NCBI GenBank assembly: GCA_041611095.1
Contig: JBFINP010000009.1
Coordinates: 1,032 to 65,031 of the forward strand
DNA: 64,000 nucleotides
Reading direction: 5' to 3'
From: Acidimicrobiia bacterium
GTDB lineage: Bacteria; Actinomycetota; Acidimicrobiia; Spongiisociales; UBA5794
The notes below the pieces were generated by a model, which made no database searches, had not been told where the DNA came from, and saw only the letters and a list, made by a program, of their open reading frames with translations. Below, one piece after another: positions 56,485 to 64,000 of this stretch (its first letter is position 1; each line of letters starts with the position of its first letter). A program made the translations under genes and the position numbers.

Positions 56485-56725
56485 GCTTCGGCGATGCGGG
56501 CACTTCGACCGCGACCTTGGCGTTCCGTGAACACTCCCATCTCACCGAGTGCGCCTCCAGGTCGTTGCGCGACGCCGTCGCTGCGACGTTCGCTCTGCGC
56601 CTGGGCTGGTGGCCGTGTCCGGTGAACCACCCGCGCTGGGTGACGACTTGAGACCGCGAGTCCACGAACATCGTCAACGAGCCCACTGGTAAATGGTGGC
56701 GCAGCGGATCACAGAGAGCAGGTGA

Positions 56726-56932
56726 GTGACGATGACGGGACTCGAGTGGATCCTGATTTCGACTTTGGCCGTTATCTATATCGCATTGTGGTTGACAGTC
56801 GCAATGATCACGTTGCGGAAGGGCCACGTCGTCCTGTTCGTGGTCGGCATCTTCATACCGATTCTGTGGCTCATCGGCGCAGTTCTGCCGGCCAAGCCCG
56901 GAAGTTCGGATGCTCAGCGGGCTTCCTACTGA
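56726..56932 (+). CDS. small 2-TM membrane protein
   Basis: 68 aa, MTMTGLEWILISTLAVIYIALWLTVAMITLRKGHVVLFVVGIFIPILWLIGAVL. The local GC is markedly low (28 of 60 in the line starting at 56761). Confidence 0.5.
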   Translation: MTMTGLEWILISTLAVIYIALWLTVAMITLRKGHVVLFVVGIFIPILWLIGAVLPAKPGSSDAQRASY

Positions 56933-57333
56933 CACCCAGTCGTCGAGGCCGCTCTCGGTGGGTCGTCAGATCGCCAAGTCGGCCCTCGGCCTCGCCCGAC
57001 GACAGGAACGGGTCTCGATGTCTCCCAGGCGCGGTGATTCAGCCGGTGTCGGCGGACCATCCCCAAACGGCTGTAGGTCCCGCCGCGGCCTTGTCGCTCA
57101 CCCCCGTCGGGTGAGGCGGACCGCGAGCCGATGACATCCAATACGCCGATGGCACATGGTACGAAGACAAGTGGTGCGAAGCAGGGCGCGCTCCCCATGG
57201 TGCACGGGATTCGGTCGTCACCCGCGACGTCGTCGCCGGAATCACGATCGCAGCGAGGACGTTGTCGAGGCGTTCGGCAGGGCGGCGCCCATGAGTGCGA
57301 GTGGATCCGACGCGAGACCTCGCAGTTGGGCAC

Positions 57334-58704
57334 ATGACGACGCGCATGACCGTCGACGAGCGGCGACAGCTCGGCAAAGCGGCAAGGGCCAAGGTGCCGA
57401 GATCGAGCCATGCCGATTGGGCGCCTGCGAGCGACCGTCCGGATCCGGTCGCGGTGGTCGAGCAACAGAACTCGGATCGGATTGCGTCGCTTGTACCCAT
57501 CCGCCATGGCCGGATGCTCACGTCGCCGTTCTCGTTCTACCGAGGTGCTGCCGCCGTGATGGCGGCGGATCTTGCGACCCGTCCCACGACCGGCATCGAC
57601 GTGCAGGTGTGCGGCGACGCTCACCTGTCCAACCTGGGAGTGTTCGCAACACCCGAACGGACACTCGTGTTCGACATCAACGACTTCGACGAGACCCTGC
57701 CTGGCCCGTGGGAGTGGGATGTGAAGCGTCTCGCTGCGAGTGTCGTCGTCGCCGGACGTCACAATGGATTCGACGAGGCCGAGAGTCGTCGAGCTGCGCT
57801 TCGTTCGGTTCGTGCCTATCAGCGCGCCATGGGCGAGTTCGCAGAGATGTCGACGCTGGCCATCTGGTATTCCCGTCTCGAAGCCAAGGACATCGTTGCG
57901 ATGGCTGAGCGGACGAAGGGCAAGAAGGCCGTGAAGCGCACGCTCACGAAGGCGACGAGACGCAACAGCCTCCGCGCCCGGTCGAAGCTGGCGGCTGTGG
58001 TCAACGGCGAATTCAAGATACTCGCCGACCCACCGTACGTGGTCCCGCTGCACGACGCCGGCGAAATCATGGATCCAGCTGAGGCCGACGAGCTCGTCCA
58101 AGAAGCCTTTCACGGTTATGTGGAGTCGCTGAGCGAGGATCGCAAGATGCTGCTGTCGCGGTATCGCATCGTCGACGTGGCGCACAAGGTGGTAGGGGTA
58201 GGAAGCGTTGGGACCAGATGCTTCATCGCGCTGCTCGAGGGTCGCGATCACAACGACCCTTTGTTCCTCCAGGCCAAGGAGGCATCACCCTCCGTCCTCG
58301 AGAACCACCTGCCCCAGAGTGTTTACGAACAGCAGGGCCAAAGAGTCGTGGAGGGACAGCGACTCATCCAGGCCGCAAGCGATACCTTCCTAGGTTGGGT
58401 CAGAGGGCGACACGGCCGTGACTTCTACTTTCGACAGCTGCGAGACATGAAAGGCAGCGCAGATGTCGAAGCGATGGATCCGCGGGCCATGGCCCAGTAC
58501 GCGGGCTTGTGTGGATGGACGCTGGCGAGAGGGCACTCACGATCCGGCGACCCGGTTGCGATCGCCGGCTACTTGGGGACCAACGACACCTTTGCCTCGG
58601 CCGTCGCGGAGTTTGCACGCCGCTACGCAGATCAGAACGAGGTGGATTACACGCTGCTCCGTGAAGCCTGTGCGACTGGCCGGTTGGAGACGGTTGAGGG
58701 CTGA
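57334..58704 (+). CDS. DUF2252 domain-containing protein
   Basis: ORF 57295..58704, start trimmed to ATG 57334. PIRHGRMLTSPFSFYRGAAAVMAADL...GDAHLSNLGVFATPERTLVFDINDFDET matches the DUF2252 pattern (from memory). Confidence 0.75.
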   Translation: MTTRMTVDERRQLGKAARAKVPRSSHADWAPASDRPDPVAVVEQQNSDRIASLVPIRHGRMLTSPFSFYRGAAAVMAADLATRPTTGIDVQVCGDAHLSNLGVFATPERTLVFDINDFDETLPGPWEWDVKRLAASVVVAGRHNGFDEAESRRAALRSVRAYQRAMGEFAEMSTLAIWYSRLEAKDIVAMAERTKGKKAVKRTLTKATRRNSLRARSKLAAVVNGEFKILADPPYVVPLHDAGEIMDPAEADELVQEAFHGYVESLSEDRKMLLSRYRIVDVAHKVVGVGSVGTRCFIALLEGRDHNDPLFLQAKEASPSVLENHLPQSVYEQQGQRVVEGQRLIQAASDTFLGWVRGRHGRDFYFRQLRDMKGSADVEAMDPRAMAQYAGLCGWTLARGHSRSGDPVAIAGYLGTNDTFASAVAEFARRYADQNEVDYTLLREACATGRLETVEG

Positions 58705-58788
58705 AAGAGGAAACGACGGCGGCTTGGCCCGTTCTCTCCGTCTGACGACCGATCCGGCTGGCCTGTGTGGCACGACCTCGGTCCAGCA

Positions 58789-59802
58789 TCACAAGCCCTC
58801 GGACGAGCTGCCGCCAACGCCAGGAGACTGCCAGCGCACCTCTGGGCCATCGAGGTCGAGGCCATCGAGTGGATCATCCACCAATTCGCGGGCCGCCCGG
58901 ATGATGCCGGACGTGTCGATCCCGTAGTACCCGAAGAGGTAGTCGGGGCTGCCACCGTGGGTGAACGTGTCGGCGATGCCGACCCGGCGCAGAGTGGCGT
59001 TGAGACCCAATTCGGCGATCACCTCCGCTACGGCCGTGCCGAGACCGCCGGTCACGAGATGGTTCTCGACCGTGATCACCCGACCGGATCGCTCGATGGA
59101 CCGCGGCACCTCCTCGTCGCCGAATGGCTTCAGCGTAGAAACGACGAGATGGGTGACTCCCAGGCCGGTAGAGCGCAACAGCTCGATCGCACCTGAAGCA
59201 TGAGAAACGGCGGCTCCGATGCTGACGACGGTGAGGTCATCGCCCGTGGTGAGCGATCGAACCCGGTCGAGTTCGAACGGTTCGGTGAAGAGGCGGGGGA
59301 CCTCGCCGCGGGGGACCCTGCAGTAGAGCGGGCCTGGCAACGCTTCCACCGTGCCCCAGAAAGTCTCCACATCAGTGGCGTCGGCGAGCTCGAGGACCGT
59401 CATGTTGGGCAGGTTGCGCATCAGGGCGAGGTCGTCGATGGCCTGGTGGGTCACCCCTCCCGGGGTGGTGATCCCGGGCAAGAATCCCATCAGACGCACC
59501 GGCAGGTTCGGGTAGGCGACGTTGAGGGCGATCTGCTCATACGGGCGGCGGGTCGTGAACACCGCAAACGAGGTGTAGAACGGCTCGAGGCCCTCCCGGG
59601 CGAGACCGCTCAACACCCCGACCAGATTCTGTTCTGCCATTCCGAGCGAATAGGAGCGATCGGGCAGCTCGGTTCGGAACACATCGGCCTCCGATGACCG
59701 GGTCAGGTCGTTGGTCACCGAGACGACCCTGTCGTTCTGCCTCCCATAGGCGGCGAAAGCGTGGGCGAAGGGACGGGTGACGGTCGGGCCGACGGTCGCC
59801 AT
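58789..59802 (-). CDS. Transketolase, C-terminal (pyrimidine-binding) subunit
   Basis: ORF 58789..59940, start trimmed to ATG 59802, which overlaps the upstream stop (ATGA). SLGMAEQNLVGVLSGLA...THQAIDDLALMRNLPNMTV. Confidence 0.85.
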   Translation of the reverse strand: MATVGPTVTRPFAHAFAAYGRQNDRVVSVTNDLTRSSEADVFRTELPDRSYSLGMAEQNLVGVLSGLAREGLEPFYTSFAVFTTRRPYEQIALNVAYPNLPVRLMGFLPGITTPGGVTHQAIDDLALMRNLPNMTVLELADATDVETFWGTVEALPGPLYCRVPRGEVPRLFTEPFELDRVRSLTTGDDLTVVSIGAAVSHASGAIELLRSTGLGVTHLVVSTLKPFGDEEVPRSIERSGRVITVENHLVTGGLGTAVAEVIAELGLNATLRRVGIADTFTHGGSPDYLFGYYGIDTSGIIRAARELVDDPLDGLDLDGPEVRWQSPGVGGSSSEGL

Positions 59803-60725
59803 CAGGGCTGGGTGCGCTCGAAGAGCTGAGAAGAGGCTCGGATCATGTCGGCCTCGCCTGGTCCGAAACGAACGAAATGAACGCTGGCGTCGTCCCGCCG
59901 GCGCAACCCCGGGAATCCAGTCCATGGATGGGTTGCGCACACGATGACCCGGGGGCGACCGGGCTCTGCGCTGGTCGCAGCGTCCGCGATCGCCGACACG
60001 TCATGACCGTCGACCTCGACGGCAGAGCATCCGAAAGCGATCGCCTTGGCGCAGAGCGACCCGACCGGCATCACCCGGTCCATTGGACCGTCCACTTGCC
60101 AGCGGTTTGCATCGACCATGACCGTGAGATTGTCGAGCCCGAAGGCGGCGGCGCTCTGCAACGCTTCCCAAGTCTGTCCCTCCTGGGTCTCGCCGTCGCT
60201 GATCAGCACCCAGATGTGGCCTTGGTTTCCCCGCTGCTTGCGGGCGAGCGCCCGTCCTACCGCCACCGAGAGCGCCTGGCCGAGCGACCCGCCGGTGACC
60301 TCGACACCGGGACTGTGCTCGGCACCGATCATCTCGAGCACCGAGCCGTCCTTGCCGTACTCCTCGAGCGCCTCGGACGAAAGCCGATCCGTCTCGACGA
60401 GCGTTGCATACAGGGCGGTCGAGTAGTGGGTTGGTGACAAGACGAACCGGTCCCAGGCGGGGTCGTCGGGTCCGTTCCAACCGCCGCCCCATCTGGATCT
60501 TGGCGACGATCCCGGGACGCCGGTGAAAGGGGCTGGGAGCGGCGGCGCAGAGCTCGGGCCGAGGTTCATGAGGCGGACATAGAGCGTCGCCAAGATCTCG
60601 GCCGATGAGCACGCCTGGATCAGATAGCCACCTTCGTGCTCGACAGCCAGCTCGAACGCCAAGCGGCGGATGCCGTCTGCGACCCGCATTGCTGCGGACG
60701 TCCAGTCGTCACGATGATCCTCCAT
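59802..60725 (-). CDS. Transketolase, N-terminal (TPP-binding) subunit
   Basis: ORF 59802..60929, start trimmed to ATG 60725 (GGAGGAAG upstream). TPP motif ISDGETQEGQTWEALQSAAAFGLDNLTVMVDAN. Confidence 0.85.
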   Translation of the reverse strand: MEDHRDDWTSAAMRVADGIRRLAFELAVEHEGGYLIQACSSAEILATLYVRLMNLGPSSAPPLPAPFTGVPGSSPRSRWGGGWNGPDDPAWDRFVLSPTHYSTALYATLVETDRLSSEALEEYGKDGSVLEMIGAEHSPGVEVTGGSLGQALSVAVGRALARKQRGNQGHIWVLISDGETQEGQTWEALQSAAAFGLDNLTVMVDANRWQVDGPMDRVMPVGSLCAKAIAFGCSAVEVDGHDVSAIADAATSAEPGRPRVIVCATHPWTGFPGLRRRDDASVHFVRFGPGEADMIRASSQLFERTQP

Positions 60726-60843
60726 CGGGTGCTTCCTCCGGCGTCGGATGCGTCCGGCGTCGCGCCCTGCCGGACGATGCCGGGGGCTGTTCGTAGCCGA
60801 CGACCCGAGCATAGGTACCGGCCGCGTGACTGATTCGCGGCGC

Positions 60844-61806
60844 TCAGACGATCGGGAGCCAGTCGACCGAGAGGGCATGCGGGAACCGTTCGCCGAGTTG
60901 GTCGAGCGTCGGGGTTGACTCAGCACCACCGGTCGACTCGCAGGTCATTGCGGCGAAGGCCGCAGCTAGCTCCAGCGTGGAGGCGAGGTCGTCGAGGTCG
61001 GCGCCCAGGGGTCCGCAGCTGAGCCGGGCCAGGAGAGCCGCCATGTAGGCATCGCCGGCCCCGGTGGTGTCTATCACCTTCGCCGGAGCGGCCGGGACTT
61101 CGATGAGGCCGGCGCCGGTGCGAGCGACGGTGGGACGGTCCCCGCCCGTGATGACCGCCAGTGAGGCTCCCAGTTCATTGAGCCGCCGGGCGGCATCCGC
61201 GGTCGAAAGGTCCGGGTAGACCCACGCCACGTCCTGGTCGCTCATCTTGACGACGTCGCACACTGGGACGATCTCCTCGAGATCTCTGCGATAGCCGTCG
61301 CGATCGTCGATGAGGACCGGCCGCGAGTTGGGATCGAGAGTCGTCAGGCCCGGGGCACGGGCGAGCGCCCATCGGGTAGTTGCCCGACTCGCCTCGGTGT
61401 TGAGCACCGTCGAGCCGCCGTGCACGACGGCGGCACCGTCGATGACGTCGGCGGGGATCTCGGACGGATCGACGATCTGGATGTCGCGAGCATCGCCGTA
61501 GAAAGAGAAGCTCGGTCGGCCATCGTGGAGCACGGCCATCGAGAGGAACGTGCTGCTTCCCGGCCGTCGTATCGCGTGGGAGATGTTCACACCGAGGCCT
61601 TCGAGGAAGTCGCTGAGCTCTCGCCCCAAGCCGTCTGCGGCGAGAGCTCCGACGAAATCGACCGGCACGCCAAAGCGGGCGAGGCCGGCAGCGACGTTGT
61701 AGGGCGAGCCGCCGAGCACCATCTCCAGATACCGGCTGCCCGTCTCACGCTGGATGAGGTCGACCAGCGCCTCGCCGAACACCGCCACTCGCCCGCTCAT
61801 CGCCAT
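60844..61806 (-). CDS. PfkB-family carbohydrate kinase
   Basis: N-terminal VFGEALVDL...GGSPYNVA and the C-terminal PfkB signature DTTGAGDAYMAALL. Confidence 0.85.
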   Translation of the reverse strand: MAMSGRVAVFGEALVDLIQRETGSRYLEMVLGGSPYNVAAGLARFGVPVDFVGALAADGLGRELSDFLEGLGVNISHAIRRPGSSTFLSMAVLHDGRPSFSFYGDARDIQIVDPSEIPADVIDGAAVVHGGSTVLNTEASRATTRWALARAPGLTTLDPNSRPVLIDDRDGYRRDLEEIVPVCDVVKMSDQDVAWVYPDLSTADAARRLNELGASLAVITGGDRPTVARTGAGLIEVPAAPAKVIDTTGAGDAYMAALLARLSCGPLGADLDDLASTLELAAAFAAMTCESTGGAESTPTLDQLGERFPHALSVDWLPIV

Positions 61807-61821
61807 CCGTTCGGTTGCGGG

Positions 61822-63624
61822 TCAGCCGTACAGGGGGCCATAGGCAGCGCAGGCTCGAAAATCGGCGCCCTCGAGATCTGCGGTACCGAATCCGTTCCAA
61901 GCTGCGGGGCGGAACACCCGCTCGGGCGGCACGTTGTGCATGAAGACCGGGATGCGGAGCGTTGCTGCCAGCGTGATGAGATCTGCACCGATGTGCCCGT
62001 AGCTGATCGCACCATGGTTGGCGCCCCAAGCGTTCATGACCGAGTACACGTCTGCGAACGGCCCCTCGCCCGTCACATTGGGAACGAACCACGTCGTCGG
62101 CCAGGTGGGGTTGGTCCGCCGATCGAGCACGTCGTGAACGTCGTCCGGTAGAGCGATGGTCCACCCCTCGGCGATCTGTAGCGCCGGACCGAGCCCTTTG
62201 TAGAGGTTCACGCGACACATGGTGACGGGCATGTCCCCCACGGTGCGGAAGCGCGACGACCAGCCTCCGCCTGGGAAGTACTCGCCCAGCGACGGGTGCC
62301 AGGTCGTGGCAGCCAGACATCGGGCAGCCTCTTCATCGGTGATCTCCCAGAAGGGCTTCATGGTTGGCCGCTCGTCCGCGTCGGTCTGCTGGCCGGTGCC
62401 GTCGAGCGTTGCCGGGCCCGAGTTGATGAGGTGAATGAAGCCGTCTGCTGCCCGTCCATCGAGCTCATGACCCGTCGCCGCCCGAACGGCGCTCGGGCTC
62501 CAGAACGTGCGCACGTCGGCGAAGATCTGAGCTCTGTTCGTGACGAGGTACCCGAGCAACATCGACGCACCGTTGAGCGAGTCGTTCTCCGTTGCCACCA
62601 GATAGGGGGCCCGAATTCCGCCCCAGTCGAAGGACGTATTGAGGATCGCCTCCATGAAGTCGCCGTTGGGCTGGAAGTCGGTCCACTGCCGTTGCCCTTG
62701 GAACCCGGCCAAGATCGCGTTGTGACCCAGCGCTTCCTCGCCGAACCCCCGGTCGGCAAGCTCGGGGTTGCCCACCATCAGGTCACGGACGATCAGCGCC
62801 ATCTTGACGGAGACGTCCCATTCGGCGTCGAGACGGTCCCGTGAACGCTGCTTCTCGGGCGGGTTCGGATCCTCCCCCTCGATGCAGTGCTCGCGTACCC
62901 AAGACCGGGCTTGCTCATACTCCTCGACTGAGTAGATCTCACGATTCACGCGGCGCAGCACTTCGCTCATGTCGATGGCCTCCACGCGCATTCCCAGGTA
63001 TTGCTCGAAGAACCCACGATCGACGATCGACCCGGCGATGCCCATCGACACCCCGCCGATCGAGAGATACGACGTGCCCTTGGCAAGCGCGACGCCCAGC
63101 CCGGCGCGGACGAAGCGGAGGATCTTCTCGGCGACGTCGTCAGGGATCGAGGCATCGTCGGCGTCCTGCACGTCTCGTCCGTAGATGCCGAACGCAGGCA
63201 GGCCCATTTGATTGTGGGCGGCCAAGGCTGCCGCCAGGTAAACGGCCCCCGGTCGCTCGGTACCGTTGAACCCCCATACGGCCTTGGGTCGCAACGGATC
63301 CATGTCGATCGTCTCGAGGCCGTAGCACCACGCCGGCGTGACCGTCAGCGAGACGCCGACGCCTTCACGCTGGAACTTGTCTTGAGCCGCCGCCGCTTCA
63401 GCAACTCGCCCGATCGTCGAGTCGGCGAGGACGCATTCGACCGCCGTACCATCCGGATAGCGGAGCTGAGAGGAGATGAGCTCGGCAACGGATTGCGCCA
63501 GCCGCATCGTTTGGTCCTCGAGTGACTCCCTGACTCCGCCGAGGCGGCCGTCGATTGTCGGCCGGATACCGACCTTGGGGAATCCTCCACTCCAGCGTTC
63601 GCTCGCAGTCATAGCCATCCTCAC
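61822..63624 (-). CDS. fucI: L-fucose isomerase family protein
   Basis: The N-terminus [25 protein letters not shown]...[17 protein letters not shown] parallels E. coli FucI as I recall it. About 600 aa. GTG 63624 overlaps the aldolase stop; an alternative ATG is at 63618. Confidence 0.85.
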   Translation of the reverse strand: MRMAMTASERWSGGFPKVGIRPTIDGRLGGVRESLEDQTMRLAQSVAELISSQLRYPDGTAVECVLADSTIGRVAEAAAAQDKFQREGVGVSLTVTPAWCYGLETIDMDPLRPKAVWGFNGTERPGAVYLAAALAAHNQMGLPAFGIYGRDVQDADDASIPDDVAEKILRFVRAGLGVALAKGTSYLSIGGVSMGIAGSIVDRGFFEQYLGMRVEAIDMSEVLRRVNREIYSVEEYEQARSWVREHCIEGEDPNPPEKQRSRDRLDAEWDVSVKMALIVRDLMVGNPELADRGFGEEALGHNAILAGFQGQRQWTDFQPNGDFMEAILNTSFDWGGIRAPYLVATENDSLNGASMLLGYLVTNRAQIFADVRTFWSPSAVRAATGHELDGRAADGFIHLINSGPATLDGTGQQTDADERPTMKPFWEITDEEAARCLAATTWHPSLGEYFPGGGWSSRFRTVGDMPVTMCRVNLYKGLGPALQIAEGWTIALPDDVHDVLDRRTNPTWPTTWFVPNVTGEGPFADVYSVMNAWGANHGAISYGHIGADLITLAATLRIPVFMHNVPPERVFRPAAWNGFGTADLEGADFRACAAYGPLYG

Positions 63625-64000
63625 TCGCTCTTCTTCGTCAACTGTCCGCGTCGGTAGGCCTCATCCGGTCTGATATCGATGCTGTCTGCTTCTGCCTCCG
63701 TCAGGTAGGTCGGCCCACCGAACATGCGAGCAGCGGTCAACACCCTCGCCCACTTGTCGGTCATCAGAGTGATGTTGCGAACCTCGGTTGCGCTCTGTCC
63801 CAGGGCGACCATGCCGTGGTTGCGCATCAAGACGACCTTCGGGGGCACGCCATGACTTCCGACGAACCGGCGGATCTCCGTGCGGGCGGCGCGTGCCAAC
63901 GCGATGCCCGGCGACACGTAAGGCACTATCGCAACATGCCGGCCACAAACGACAATGGCGTCGGGGTAGATGTGTCGCTGGAACGCCTCGGTTCCCTCCG
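63621..64000 (-). CDS. Class II aldolase/adducin family protein (N-terminus beyond window edge)
   Basis: The C-terminal part visible in ORF 63621..63926 and upstream includes [16 protein letters not shown], a typical class II aldolase motif. The reading frame continues to the window end. Confidence 0.75.
   Translation of the reverse strand, partial: EGTEAFQRHIYPDAIVVCGRHVAIVPYVSPGIALARAARTEIRRFVGSHGVPPKVVLMRNHGMVALGQSATEVRNITLMTDKWARVLTAARMFGGPTYLTEAEADSIDIRPDEAYRRGQLTKKSE

Noticed and set aside
56926-58251. 441-aa minus-strand ORF
   Set aside because: It is antisense to the DUF2252 gene, which has clear family motifs. Its composition is Arg/His-rich with no recognisable domain.

Overview
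High-GC, densely coding chromosomal segment of actinobacterial type. The taxon is inferred from GC content, an F420-type LLM oxidoreductase, a PspC-domain histidine kinase module, DUF3052 and many GTGA/ATGA start-stop overlaps. I support about 70 CDS, one tRNA-Val(TAC), several hairpin terminators and a few operator-like repeats. I saw no rRNA, CRISPR array, transposase or integrase.

Recognisable modules, in order:
- BMP-type ABC transporter
- LysM-M23 peptidase
- arsR-arsM pair with a perfect 18-nt inverted-repeat operator
- paaABCDE plus a TetR regulator, with a palindromic operator
- protease / DUF4015 / GTPase operon
- nei
- tdh-kbl
- a flavin-halogenase-like gene next to an LLM oxidoreductase
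- the PspC-kinase / LuxR / PspC-LiaF-like envelope-stress module
- a six-gene cluster of unrecognised membrane proteins ending in a DCC oxidoreductase and a TetR
- a spermidine-synthase fusion
- an RTX-repeat secreted protein
- a tRNA-Val followed by about 10 kb of patchy lower-GC accessory DNA carrying two divergent LAL-type LuxR regulators
- a fucI / aldolase / PfkB kinase / split-transketolase sugar operon

I did not find a system I can confidently call new. The best candidates for follow-up are the membrane-protein cluster at 36.5-40.3 kb with its TTTGAGC repeat operator, and the tRNA-adjacent segment. Many long ORFs in the six-frame track are antisense artefacts typical of high-GC DNA and were rejected. 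All family assignments come from motif recognition by eye, not from searches.
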